Numbered from the stretch's first letter, positions 13,131 through 26,526 are shown. The stretch is 64,000 bases of DNA from Octopus sinensis (GCF_006345805.1 NC_043000.1:92380001-92444000); one strand, 5' to 3'. Made by a program: numbers and translations. Notes: generated by a model from the letters alone, not told the origin.

Positions 13131-13740
13131 GGGTGCATAAGATAGTTGAGGACAGATACATATTTATAAAAAACAGATATATAATAACAGATGATAACTT
13201 TATTAATCAAAAAATGCTATGAGGATAAAAACAAACTTTCTTTTCTATAATGTTATTCAATAAAGCCACCTTCAGTTTCAACAACTGCTTCTGTTTGAGA
13301 TCTAAATCATCTACATGCTTAATTCAAGTGGTCTTGGTTCATTTTGTGCATTACTCTGACTATGGCAGCTTTTAAAGAATCTTTGGTGTTATGGGCATGT
13401 TCCTTGACCTTTCTCTCTATAATGCTTCTCATGTTATAGTCCAGTGGATTGAGATTTGGGGAATTAGGAGGCCAAATGTTAGGGGTTATGTGATCAAGAA
13501 AATTTTCAGCCATCCATTCTCGTGTTACTAGAGCCATGTGTGATAGTGCAGAGTCTTACTGAAACACATATGGCTTTCCATTGTATACACTGTCTATCCA
13601 GGGCTTAGCAGTTATTTCCAGAACATCAATGTAGGCTGCAAAGTTAACCCTAAGGCCTTGTGGAAAGAAGTAAGGAGGCATCACATGTCATCCATTGCTG
13701 ACAATTCCCAAAACCATGACAGTTGGAACTTCAGAAGGGT
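13129..13740 (-). mobile_element. Tc1/mariner transposase 3' remnant (maT/DD37D-like) with TIR
   Basis: REWMAENFLDHITPNIWPPNSPNLNPLDY..IERKVKEHAHNTKDSLKAAI, a WPPNSPDLNPLDY-type motif. The terminus is CAGGGTG at 13129. Confidence 0.7.
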
Positions 13741-14095
13741 CTGCACATAATATATACAATATAAAAGACATAATGGAAATTAATATGCACAAGTCAAATT
13801 TTGCAACGCCACATATGAAAAATGATATCACTTAAATGGCAGCCATTGTCAGCTTCACACGCCCGTGCTCTTTCCAAAACTTGTACCATAACACCCTCAA
13901 GAGTTTCAGACCCCACTTCTCTGATTTCTCTATTGATGTTCTCCTTCAGTTGCACCAGGGTATCCAGTTTTTGACGTAAACCCTCTCTTTCAGGTATCTC
14001 TGATTGAGACCTTTTTGTACCTGGCCATTCAAAGTAGACCTCACACATGGTTCCAGCAAGATGGGGCAACTGTTCATACTGCAAGAGAATCAATG
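13741..14095 (-). mobile_element. Tc1/mariner transposase C-terminal remnant (second family), left arm of an inverted pair
   Basis: QKLDTLVQLKENINREIREVGSETLEGVMVQVLERARACEADNGCHLSDIIFHM resembles the 'tl..Lk..I...i..i....l..v......R...C...nG.H' C-terminus of the superfamily. Confidence 0.6.
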
Positions 14096-14099
14096 CAGT

Positions 14100-14496
14100 T
14101 GCTACGACAGTGCTTTGGAGAAAGAATAATCTCTTACTAGAGCAATATCAACTGGACTTCATGTTCCCCAGACTTGACTAACCTGGATTTTTTTTTTGTA
14201 GGGACACCATGGTGCAACTGAAGGAGAACATCAATAGAGAAATCAGAGAAGGGTCTGAAACTCTTGAAGGTGTTATGGTACAAGTTTTGGAAAGAGCATG
14301 GATATGCAAGGCTGAAAATGGACGCCTCCTAAGCGATGTCGTTTTTCATGCAATGTAGTAGTGTTGCAAAATTTAATTTGTGAAATATTAATTTCCATTA
14401 TTTCTTTTATATTGCATCAAAATTTCAGGCATTTATTTGTAAAGTTAAGGAAGTTATTAAAAATTGATTCCCATCAGTAACTTTTGGGACACCCTG
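14100..14496 (+). mobile_element. Same Tc1/mariner family, 3' end with TIR (..GGGACACCCTG|TA)
   Basis: Degenerate W..CSPDLT.LDFF motif at about 14153-14195. 14202-14414 is the inverted homologue of 13757-13965. Ends CACCCTG followed by TA. Confidence 0.65.
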
Positions 14497-14591
14497 TATA
14501 CATACATACATACATACATACATACACACATACATACATACATACATGCATACATACATACATACATACATACATACATACATACATACAA

Positions 14592-14671
<80 letters not shown>

Positions 14672-15292
14672 GTATATGTATGTATATATACACACTCATA
14701 CATGTATATGTGTGTGAATGCTTGAGTGTTAACTGAAAGGAGGAGAGAAGAAAAGAGAGTACTCTATACTAGAAAATTAGTGTTAATTTTTCTTTTATTC
14801 TAAGCTGGAACTTTATCATACATTCCTCTATGTTTCTCATTCCCAATCTTTGGTTGACTTTAATGAGAACTTGGAGTAATGACTCGTAAATTTTCAACTC
14901 CCAAAAAAATGTGTCCATGTGTATGTATATGCATCTGTATGTTTGCACGCATATTTGCATGTGTGCATGCATGCTCGTTCATAATGTGTATATGTTGTTT
15001 GTTAAATATTCTCAAGCTAATCTTATCTGAGGGTGTGCTTTAATATGTTCAAATAAAATAATAAAAAAAAAGAACTTTATTTTCACATCCTGCTGCCACC
15101 TGTTTTATATTAGATACTGGGGTGGTTTTCATTCCAGAATGGTACCCATACTATTTGGGCACAAAGTCTATGAATCACAACCTCTTGAGAAAGTTTTAAT
15201 TAAGTAAAATATTCTCGGAATTCTTTGTGCTAACCATTTTAATTTGTTTTTACTGAAGTGTTGATGCATATAAGAAACAAAAACAGACTTAC

Positions 15293-15349
15293 CGTTTTTG
15301 GTTTACTGCTTTTTATCTACTTTGCTCTTCTAATGACTTCCACCATTCT
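15293..15349 (-). other. Candidate 57-nt non-coding exon
   Basis: Acceptor taatttcttag| and donor ACG|gtaagt, but all three frames contain a stop. Confidence 0.2.
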
Positions 15350-15373
15350 CTAAGAAATTAAGAGTTATTAAAC

Positions 15374-15417
<44 letters not shown>

Positions 15418-16014
15418 ATGTATTCTTGTGTGACACTAAGGCACTCATAGAGACATATACGTATACCTACTTCTATGTGTTTGTGTGTATTGTGTCGTTT
15501 GCAATTTTTTACGGATGAAAACACACACTCACAAAAAAAAGAGGTTTCTAGAAAAAATAAAGTAAAACAATTCTGAAAATAAAAATATCAAAAACAATAA
15601 AATTTATTTTAAAAAGTGTTTAAAAAAACAACTGTAAAAAAAAAAACAAATACAGCAAAAACAACCCTTTCCCTAATAAATCCTGAAAAATATCATCAAT
15701 AAAGCAAAATAAACGGATGAAAATTGAAGGAGGGAAATGAGGCAAAGAAAGAAAGGAACATTATGTACAAGAGATTACAATCTTGTTGTTTTTTAATGAC
15801 TTTACATCCTTTTATTTGTTATTTATCATCTTATCTAAAACCTCTGTAAACAACTTTTTCATTTTGTTTCAAGTGCATTGGTTACTTTTGAGCCTTCTCT
15901 CAGCTGTATTGTAACTTTTTCTGTATCGGTGTAATTGTGTATGATCATGTATGTAAGCAACTATGTGTGCAAACTCACACGTGCACACACATACACACAC
16001 ACACACCACACACA

Positions 16015-16054
<40 letters not shown>

Positions 16055-16378
16055 TCACTCACTCACAAAGATTAACATTTCACTACAGATGTTCATTCTT
16101 GTCTGTGATATATGTTAGCGTGAAACGTCACTGAATGTAGCTGTGTGTACTTACATATGTTTGTCTATATGAGTGAATTTTTATATGTGACTATGCACAT
16201 ATGAATGTGTATGTGTGTGTGTGGATATTATTTTTACAGGGAAATGATAATTGATTGTGACTTCAAAGTTTCACCTCAGTCACCATTTTCGGACTGTAAA
16301 GTACATTTACTTTTCCAGCTGTACACACACACAGACAGACACACGCATACACACACATATACACATACACACACAGAG

Positions 16379-16695
16379 GAGTAAATGTAAGGATAAGCAA
16401 GTTAGGCAACTCGTTATTCAGGGGAAGAATTTTACATTTGGGGTATTTCTGACAGAGGGTGGTATTATCCATTGATGGAATCAATTTACAATCATTATTT
16501 CGTATCATCAAGCCCCCAGAAACAGCTGTTGGACTCATAAAACACTTATTCAACCCATTTGATTCTTGATATCATTTCTATTTTGTGTAAGTCGGACCTT
16601 TTTTTATATAAACATATGTACATCTTTTTGTCTTGAATGTATTTAATATTTTTTGTATATTGACTTGCCTAACTTGCTTTTCCTTATATTTACTC
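16379..16695. mobile_element. Possible MITE-like element bounded by about 31-bp imperfect inverted repeats
   Basis: GAGTAAATGTAAGGATAAGCAAGTTAGGCAA (16379-16409) versus its inverted counterpart at 16665-16695. Confidence 0.3.
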
Positions 16696-16782
16696 ATCTA
16701 TCTACTCATGTTTAAATCTCTTGAACACTATCAAGTGTATTCTATATGGAGAATATCTATTTCTCATCTATATATATATATA

Positions 16783-16975
16783 TAAATAGTGAGAATTTAT
16801 AAAACAACGAAAGACTAAGACAGGTGTGTAAACAACAAACAGATGTATTAGTTTAACGGTCAGGAAGTGAGAAAGTCTTTTACGTTTCGAGCGTATGCTC
16901 TTCGACGGAAAGGAACACAGAAATATACAGGGAGAGAAAAATATAAAAGGCTTAGTGGTTAGTGATCTATCATGA
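16783..16975 (-). mobile_element. PLE pseudo-LTR-type repeat, family H-B
   Basis: Homologous to 31185-31362, 49255-49470 and 29880-30047. Carries a hammerhead motif and is flanked by (TA)n. Confidence 0.7.
16877..16912 (-). ncRNA. Minimal type-I hammerhead-like motif, family H-B (U at position 6)
   Basis: CTTT-CCGTCGA-A-GAGC ATAC GCTC-GAA-ACGT-A-AAAG: stem I CTTT/AAAG, stem II 4 bp, palindromic stem III ACGT, GUA triplet. Confidence 0.6.
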
Positions 16976-16986
16976 TAAATATATAT

Positions 16987-17017
<31 letters not shown>

Positions 17018-19079
17018 TCTGTAATAATTGATTAAACAAACAGAAGATGGATTTGGTATAAGTCTTTATTGTACATGACAATTGTTTTGACTCATCCTGC
17101 AACTGTCTTTTATGCATGGGATCTTATACATCCTATTGTGTTGCACCGAGTTTGCAGTCTGGGTCATGTCTGGTCCATGCATACATAAAGTATATATATA
17201 TAGGCTCTATTATGCCACACCAATTTTGCATCCACATTGCTACATCCACATGATGAACCAAAACTACAATATAAGGTTTCAAAAACTAAGTGACTAAACT
17301 GAAACATCAAAGCTACTTATAACATTTCCCTTGTGATAGTTAAATAAATACCCTAACATTTGTACAAGTTATGTGTGTATACATAAGTATACACATATGT
17401 CTGTGTGTATGCATTGCATGTGTTTTTGTAGACACGCACATACAACTCCAGTGATGAGCTCTCCTTGGAACTGTAAATAAGATTGACACATAGATTATAA
17501 TGGATATCTTTTTGTTGTTCTTTGCACTGTACTAGTATTCCACAACCATCCTGATGGAATAGATTCTTTTAGAAAACAGAGTAATACAAATTTTGTGTTT
17601 GTAATGTCAATGTGGATTTAATGAGTGAAAGTAAAATGATTATGTATATATTCTTGAATTAAATTTTAATTTGAGAATCCCATGTAGTATGAAGGGATAA
17701 CGTTGCAGAGAAAAAGAAGAGAACTCCATATATGCAGTACATTCGTTTGGTAAGAATATGATAATTATATATTGATGCCTTAATTTTCTTCAGCACTTTT
17801 GGCAAATCAACTTCCACAATGGAAAAAGTGTATCTAAAATTATTTCTAAAAGACATACATGTCTAATATTTTACACCATTCGAAACAAGAACTGATTCTA
17901 CTCTGTAAGGCTGATTTCACAATGTTTTTCTTTAAAAGGGAGTGAATAAAAAAATTGCTGCCATTTGGTAGAGGTGAGGCAAAGGAACTGAGAGAGAGAT
18001 TCTTATGAGTTCTGCTTTAGTTAACCAAAATGACTGAGAGATTGCTGTTTTCTCATTGGTCCTGTGAAACTGTTGCAAAAAAGTGAATGGTTCATCTGTT
18101 GCATGAGGATTACTATATTATAGACACTACATATTCATGTAATGTCATTCTTGTAGCAGTTTATAATTACACATTTATTTATATATACATTTCCAGTATT
18201 TGCAAGCAGGGTGTAAATATTTATGTCACTATTTTTACAACTTTGAAAGCTGAATGAATTAAGCAAGCTGTTTGCAAGTTCATTAATTAAACTCGACTAA
18301 CTGGTGGTGGGGGTTAGATGGATGGGTGAGGGCTGGAGTATGGCTGATGGAGAGAATGATGAGAAAGGATGATGGCTGAGGCAATATTCATGGGGAAAAT
18401 TGTGAAGGATAGGTGATGGTTGTTGAGGTGAAAGGGGGAAGAGGTGATAGCTGTGTTGGTGTGGTGTTGGTTTGGTGTTGATGTAGGGAGTCATGAGAAA
18501 GGATGATAGCTGTGGTGATGTTTGTAGGAAGATTGTAAAGGATGGGTGAGGGTTGTAGGGGCAAGAGGGAGGAGATATAGTTGTGGTGATGCTGGTAAAA
18601 ACATGACTGATTGTTGCTGAAATGTTGGAATATCTTGAAATACTGACTCCTTTCTCACAAACTCACACCACCTCCACAAACTACTGCCTCTTAAATACTT
18701 CTCCCACATAAACAAAATAAACACTTATTATCTGTAAACTTATTTATGAGCTTAAAGACTTTGTAACAATTATGAAGTCATTTGGAAAAGATGGGATAAA
18801 AATGAAAATATATCTGACAACAAAAAGAAGTGATGTTGAACAAATAGAAATAGACACAAAAAAGGGAGAAGAAATAAAGAAAAACAGTGAAGTAAGGGAA
18901 CAGAAATATAGGGGAAGGAGTTTGTTTCACATGTGTGTACGTGCGCATGTGTGTGTGCATGTGTGTGTGTGTGTGCATGTGTGTGTGTGTGTGTGTGCAT
19001 GTGTGTGTGTGAAAGAGAAGGAAAGGTAGAGAGTTTGAAACAATAAAGGAATTAATCACAAAATATGACATTAGCAAAT

Positions 19080-19596
19080 TTCTCTTTATGTACATACGCA
19101 CAAACATACAAAAGTATATATATGTACATGCAAATATATACATATATATGGACATACATGTATATATATATGCATACATAAAAACATACATGAAAACATA
19201 CAAACATTCATATATACAGGCATGTATACATAGAAACATAGATCCAAACATATACATGCATGCATATATACATACATATATACATACACACTTACGTACA
19301 TACATGCATACATAAATGCATACATATATACATACATACATATATACATACATACATACATACACACTTACGTACATGCATACATACATACATACATACA
19401 TACATACATACATACATACATACATACATACATACATACATACAAGCAAAGAGTCAGACAAATTGAGACAGTCATGTAAACAGTTAGATTGTTAAATAGA
19501 TACACAGATAGATTAACAGATTGTTAGATAGACAGATACATTGATAGATAACTAGATATAAAGATAGATAGACAGATAGACAGATAGATAGATAAT

Positions 19597-19691
<95 letters not shown>

Positions 19692-19700
19692 ACATATATA
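19080..19700. repeat. Compound microsatellite (TACA)n followed by (GATA)n
   Basis: Seen directly; it is the source of the 227-aa 'YVCM' ORF. Confidence 0.95.
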
Positions 19701-20154
19701 TAGACTGATTTATACACGTGTATGTGTATATGTGTGTGAATAGGGATAAAGAGAGAGAGCAGAGATACAGATCATAGATACTAAGATATGAGAATAATGT
19801 CTGGTGTTTTGCAGGATAAAATTAAGAATAGGGGTTAGAGAATAGACTGTGTAAACAAAGAAGCTAGAAATAACGAAATGCTAGAAGGACTGTGGGCTTA
19901 CATTGATAGCTCCTGCCCCACCTTAAATCCTTTTGCCTGCTTTCAAAAGAAAAAGGAGAATGTAGTCAACATATTGATGTTTGATTTTAAATCACACAAC
20001 TCATGTACATATACACAAAGAAACAGAGAGGTACGGTTTCAATCCCTCTGCATTGTAGATTGGACAATTGTTATTTTCTTTAGCCTCCAGTTGACCTTTG
20101 CCTTGAGAGTGAAAACTGTACTTGTAATTCAAAAGGTACAATCTTACCACACAT

Positions 20155-20480
20155 ACATCATCATCATCATCATCGTTTAACATCCGTTTTCCATGGTAGC
20201 ATGGGTTGGATGGTTCGACTGGGGTCTGGGAAGCCAGGAAACTTCACCAGGCTCCAGTCTGATCTGGCAGTGTTTCTTCAGCTGGATGCCCTTCCTAACG
20301 CCAATCATTCCGTGAGTGGAGTGGGTGCTTATTTCATGCCACTGTCACATGGGCCAGAGGAGGCTGGCAACAGCCATGATCGGTTGGTGCATTTTACGTG
20401 TCACCGATATGAAAGCCAGTCAAGGCGGCGCTGGAGTTGGCCATGTTCAGATGGTGCTTTTTACATGCCACTAGCTCGGG
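20155..20480 (-). mobile_element. Family R 3' tail repeat
   Basis: (CAT)n CGTTTAACATCCGTTTTCCATGGTAGCATGGGTTGGA..GCTGGATGCCCTTCCTAACGCCAA. Confidence 0.7.
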
Positions 20481-20700
20481 TATCACAACTACAATTTCCA
20501 TTTGATTTTTATTTTGGTGTTGATGTTGATGTACTTGACTCAATAGATCTCCTCACAGCAGGTCGCCCTACGATCCAATGTAAGCACAGCAGGTCATCAT
20601 ACGATCCAAGGTACATTGAATGGGCTGGGGATAGTCATGTGAAGCTGGTGTAGGATCTGCTTGAAAATTATATTAATATGCACATACAGTAAAATATATA

Positions 20701-21104
20701 TACTCTTTTACTCTTTTACTTGTTTCAGTCATGTGACTGTGACCATGCTGGAGCACTGCCTTTTAGTTGATCAAATCGACCCCAGGACTTATTCTTTGTA
20801 AGCCTAGTACTTATTTTATCAGTGTCTTTTTTGCCGAACTGCTAAGTTATGGGGACGTAAACACACCAGCATCGGTTGTCAAGCGATGTTGGGGGGACAA
20901 ACACAGACACACAAACACGCACATACATATATATATACATATATACGACGGGCTTCTTTCAGTTTCCGTCTACCAAATCCACTCACAAAGCTTTGGTCGG
21001 CTCGAGGCTATAGTAGAAGACACTTGCCCAAGGTGCACCGCAGTGAAACTGAACCCGGAACTATGTGGTTCGTAAGCAAGCTACTTACCACACAGCCACT
21101 CCTA
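20701..21104 (-). mobile_element. SINE family S1 (full length)
   Basis: Collinear with 5991-6400, including the internal microsatellite. Confidence 0.9.
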
Positions 21105-21516
21105 CGTCAATATATATGACAATATTTTATAAACAAACTTTGGAAGCATTGAGTGCACTTAGTATTTTACAGACAAGAAAGTAAATTTTGAATGCAATTT
21201 AGCTGCGTAAACAGCAGAAAGATTGGGTATTTTACAGTTATATGACAGAAGAAGTTTCCAGCAGATGGCCTTGGGTCTCAAACTCATACTCCTCAGATAC
21301 AGGCTGAGTAATCTACCATTAAGCTAAATGGTCCACTCATATATTTACCCTTAGCTTAGCTAATTAGCTAAGGTGAGGGTAAAATAGCCAGTCGTTCTGC
21401 TGTTTTTAAGGCTATATTGCATTCAAAATTTACTTTCATGTCTATATTTACATATATTTATCTATCTATCTATCTATCAAACTATTTCTGTCTGTCTGTC
21501 TCTCTCTCTGTCTCTG

Positions 21517-21565
<49 letters not shown>

Positions 21566-21586
21566 TATATATATACATATATATAC

Positions 21587-21617
<31 letters not shown>

Positions 21618-21651
21618 CATGTATGTATGTATGCATGTATGTATGTATATG

Positions 21652-21682
<31 letters not shown>

Positions 21683-22053
21683 ACAGAGAGAGAGAGAGAG
21701 AGAGAGGGAAAGAGAGAGAGACATATATATGCATATATACATAGATATAAATATACATTAAAATAGATAATGTACAAGCAAAATAATCTGGTATCACTCC
21801 AGAACATTTAATTTACAGAAATAAACATAGTGCTAAGTAGTTATGATAAATATGTATATATTATAACTACTCTGTTTTAATGTATATCTACCTGCTCAAT
21901 GATGAAACACTTCTAGCCACCTTTGATAGGCAATTTCAACACCACATTTTTGAGTTGCATCTCAAGTGGTAAACCAAACTGAGCACTCATAGTACATACC
22001 TATTACATTGCATTCTATTGACAAAAGATTTTGCATATATGTTATATGTATAT

Positions 22054-22400
22054 CAGGGCGGGATTAAGACCCATCGAGGCCCTAAGCACTTAGAAGATTT
22101 TGGTGCCCCCATAAAAGACTCTGTAATTCAAAATATAAACAATAACAAACCATATAATAAATTTTTATTTTTCAAAATGAAACAAAACAGTAAGAGGGAA
22201 AATAATGTTTATTTTTGTATACTTCCACTTTATTTATATTTGAAAAGTTTCCTCCTACTTTTTTGAATTGCAAAATCTTTGATCAGATCCTCAAAATTAA
22301 TCTTAGGGAACACATTTGCATCTATACTTAGTGGAGATAAAGGCATCCCGAATATTATTTTAGCAAGTTTAAAGTGATTTCTTTAGTGCCATAAACCATT
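22054..22400 (-). mobile_element. hAT transposon 3' end (dimerisation-domain remnant plus terminus)
   Basis: Minus-strand LSIDANVFPKINFEDLIKDFAIQK resembles the hATC 'LSIE...INFDD.I..FA..KSR' motif. The terminus CAGGGCGGGATTAAGACC..GGCCCTAAGCAC is hAT-like. Confidence 0.55.
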
Positions 22401-22772
22401 TAACATTTCTGTGGTGTCCTGTGCTTATTTTGTTTAATGGTTAATCCAGAGCACTGATGTATGTATATGATGGGATCTCCTGAAGACAACTTATGAGTGC
22501 TCACGTTTTACTGAATGACCTGCACAAATAATTTGTTTGTAGTGATCAAATGTATGTGCTATACATTAGCTCTCTTCTTCCATCAAATCAACGTTGCCTG
22601 TTGAGATGCAGGAGTGTTCCATACATCAAATGTCGAAATGGTCACAGAGCAATGTCAAATGAAGTGTTTTGCTCAAGAACTCAATGCATTGTCTTGTTTG
22701 GAAATTGAACACACAATCTAGCAATTATGAGCGCAATATCCTAATCACTGGGTTACATACTTTCTCATACAC

Positions 22773-22805
<33 letters not shown>

Positions 22806-22895
22806 TGTATGTATGTATGAATGAATGTATGTATGTATGTATGTATATTTGTGTGTATGTATGTATATGTATATATGTGTGTGTATGTATATATA

Positions 22896-22935
<40 letters not shown>

Positions 22936-23839
22936 TACATATATCTACATAGATATCTGTACATATATTTATAGATATACATATACATAGACACACACAT
23001 ATCTTTGCATGTGTGTGTGTGTGTGTGTACATATATTTCAACTGCACAACATTTTCAAGAAGTAAAATTTCTGATGCCAATAGAGTTACATCTGAAAGAA
23101 GAAAATAAAATACAAAAAAAAACGAAATTAAATAAGAAAACAAAAAACCAAAAAGCAGAAAAAAAAAACCAAAAGCGAATTAGAAAGAAAGGCAGAAATT
23201 AATTAGAGCAAAAAATTGTTAGTTCTTTTATATTTTAATTTTTTTCTCCTTCTCCCCTACCCCATTTGGTTTATCTCCAGGTCTTTCCGGAAAGTATGAC
23301 AAGACACTTCATGAATAAGCTAATTTGTGTATGTCAATGCGACAGCTACCAATGATGACTTCCACCTATATCCATACTCTTTACTTCTTTCCCCTCTGTT
23401 GTTCTCTCTCTCACTTTTTTCTCATCTCTCTCTCTCTCTTCCCAGATTCATATTTTCCAGCACCTTAACGCTACCATAGATTTTTTTTCTTTTTACTGAC
23501 TGAAAAATTAGAATTTAATTAATTGCTTCATCTTCTTCCTATCTTATTTCTTTTTTTATTTATTTATGTGTACATTTAAAACATTTTCATCTAACTAATT
23601 AATTACCAAAAAGAAATAATGATAATTTGTAAGGTTGACATGAGACTGTATAATTGGGTCAGAGGGTTAGAGTGGATTAAATTAATCCAAATATTATTGA
23701 CTTTCATCAGAAATTTAACCTCTTCCACATCAAAAATGAAAGCTTTTAAGGATTTCCATCTCTATCCTTCAAAACTGAGAGCTTCTACATAAAGTGATAG
23801 TATCACATAGGTTTTGTTAAATTTAACATTTAACCATCA

Positions 23840-24245
23840 TCATCATCATCATTGTTTAACGTCTGCTTTCCATGCTGGCATGGATCGGACGATTTAACTG
23901 AGGGCTGGCAAACCAGATGGCTGCACTAGGCTCCAATCTTGATCTGGCAGAGTTTATACAGCTGGATGCCCTTCCTAATGCCAACCACTCCGAGAGTGTA
24001 GTGGGTGCTTTTACATGCCACTGGCATGGAGGCCAGTCAGGCGGCACTGGCAACAACCTTGCTCAAATCTTTTTACACATGCCACCGGTACAGGTGCCAG
24101 TAAGGCAACGCTGGTAACGATCATGCTCGAATGGTGCCTTTTACGTGCCACCAGCTGACCAAAGCTTTGTGAGTGTACTTGGCAGACAGAAACTGAAAGA
24201 AGCCTGCTACCTGTATGTATGTATATATATATATATATATACACA

Positions 24246-24300
<55 letters not shown>

Positions 24301-24545
24301 TATATATATATACACATGTATATATATATGTGTGTTTGTGTCTGTGTTTGTCCACCTACCACCACTTGACAACCAATGTTTGATGTGGTTATGTCCCCAT
24401 AACTTTGAGTTTGGCAAAAGAGAACAATAGAATTAGTACCTGGCTTTCAAAAAGTACTAGGGTCAATTTGTTCAGCTAATATCCCCCAAGCCAGTGCTCC
24501 AGCATAGCCAGTCTAATGACTTGAACAAGTAAAACACAAAAGATG
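23840..24545. mobile_element. Family R tail (minus, 23840-24150) abutting a 5'-truncated S1 SINE (plus, 24150-24545)
   Basis: Both motif sets are recognisable by similarity to other copies in the window. Confidence 0.6.
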
Positions 24546-24580
24546 TTTGTGGGAGTGCATATACATACATACAAACATAT

Positions 24581-24620
<40 letters not shown>

Positions 24621-25029
24621 CCACACGCATATCCTTATTGCTATTATCTTTTCTAAGGTCCTCTGCTGTGCATGCTTGGCTCAGATGAAATTAGTTGAAG
24701 TAGATTTTGTTGAGTAAGGTAATATTTCCTTGGAGCAAGACGTTTTCTCAGAAACTAGTAATGAATGGTGTTGTTTATATGATGAGGATGCTCATTTACA
24801 ATTCTTTCTGAAATTGACTGTGAGCTGCAGAATATTTGGAGCATCAGAAAAAAAGATTTGTTTTGTGATATTTCTTCTGGCACTAAATGTTCTGAATTCT
24901 AAACTTGCTGAAGTCAGCTTTGCTTTTCATCCTTGTTAGGCCATTGAAACAAAACATCAGTCAAGTACTGTGGGGGTTGATGTATTGTCTATGCCCCTCC
25001 TCTCAAAATTGCTACATATAACCAGAAAG

Positions 25030-25425
25030 GAATATTGATGATCTAATGCTTTATAATTCATACAAAATCACTGCAGCTAAGCTGATATGGAAAACAGCAT
25101 ATCATTCAGTTCCTATCTACAATTACAATAAGAGATACACTGATACATTGTATTTTATGCTGATGGACACTTATTCCAGCTTTTAAAGTTACTCATTAAT
25201 GTAATAAATGTCGCAAGTGCTTTTCAAAGAATCAGGAATGGTATAATTATAGACAATGGCATCAGACAAGCTGACACCTATTTCAACGATGTTATTGTTG
25301 TAGGTAAAATGCTCAAAAAGTATGATGGAAACTTGACTTATTTAATTTCATTTATTAAATGACTCATCATTACACTGTATATGACAAATTGTCATATATA
25401 TACCAAACATTCCTTGGTTACTTAA
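25030..25425 (+). mobile_element. Decayed Ty3/Gypsy reverse transcriptase fragment
   Basis: IDDL..; KTAYHSVPI..NKRYT (KSAYHQVP..DK.YTAF); LFQ..K..INVASAFQRI; YFNDVIVVGK (YLDDV); FLGY at about 25410. Confidence 0.6.
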
Positions 25426-26526
25426 GATAGAAAATAGAAAAAAATTATTTGCTGCTTGAACCAAAATGATTGAAATCCTTTACTCATAGCCTAATTCCTG
25501 GCAATGTCAAATGACTATGGTCACTACTAGTATGAAAAGGTCTCTCACAAGTGGAAGCCTCACTTAACTGAGATTATTTATGCAGTATGTAGATAAAATC
25601 TTTTTCTGGAAGTATTTAGAATCTAAAAACGAATAAACAAGGAAGATAACTCCAATAAAATCAAATAACTGAAATTTTTGATAATTAAAGACATTGCAAA
25701 AAGATCTTGGGAAAGTTACTTGGTGAAAGCAACAGATATGATTTGGTCATATTAAGTCTTTCCAGTGAAGCATAGACTGCTGACCTGGCAAAACTTAAAA
25801 GCGGTCCTTCTATGTAGGAATATAAGGAATATAGTGATATGATTTCCTCTCAACAAAGAGGTTGACAGGAAAGCAAAAATCTCAAGAGAGGATTGCATTA
25901 CTAAATATACATATACGTTACAGTTTTATATATGTAAAACTTCGTTTATCTGAAATTATTCATACAATTTGTTGATAAAAATTCCCTGCAGGACATATGT
26001 AAAATTTAAAATCAACAAACATATTAAATAAGTTCAATAAAATTTCATTTTTGTATTTCTTTTGCAAGATGCTTGATGTAAAATTATATGCTGAAACAGA
26101 TGTTATTGTATCTTGGGAAATTCAATTTTACCAATAAAAACACCCACACTGATCCTATTTCAATTCTTTTCTTTTTAATTGTCTTTCAAGTGGATCACTA
26201 ATTAATCTATCAATTGCTTAATTAATTGGTTTGCTTTGTCACTGTTTTCAACTGCTTCGATGATGTGCCTTCATTAATCCAGGTCTGATATACTGGACAC
26301 AACATGACAGGTTTGATGCTTTCACTTGGTTGCTGTCTTCATGACTGCCAGTACGATAATATTCTGCTGTATTTGGAAGATGTGCTCAAGGATAACTAAT
26401 AGAGTAGTTGATGCAATCTAAAAAATGACAGAAGATTGAAGATGTGATGAAATTAGTAAGTAGAATGAATCTTTGTGGTTCAATTGTCTAAGAATTCAGA
26501 TAAAAAAAAAATTAGGAACATAGACG

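Noticed and set aside
18600-18635. CTGATTGTTGCTGAAATGTTGG after a G-rich tract, as a decayed hammerhead
   Set aside because: It has too many core mismatches and no second copy to support a consensus.
18778-19461. Longest ORF in the track (227 aa), and the many similar YI/HT/CV-rich ORFs
   Set aside because: These are translations of (TACA)n, (TA)n and (CA)n microsatellites, which lack stop codons in some frames.
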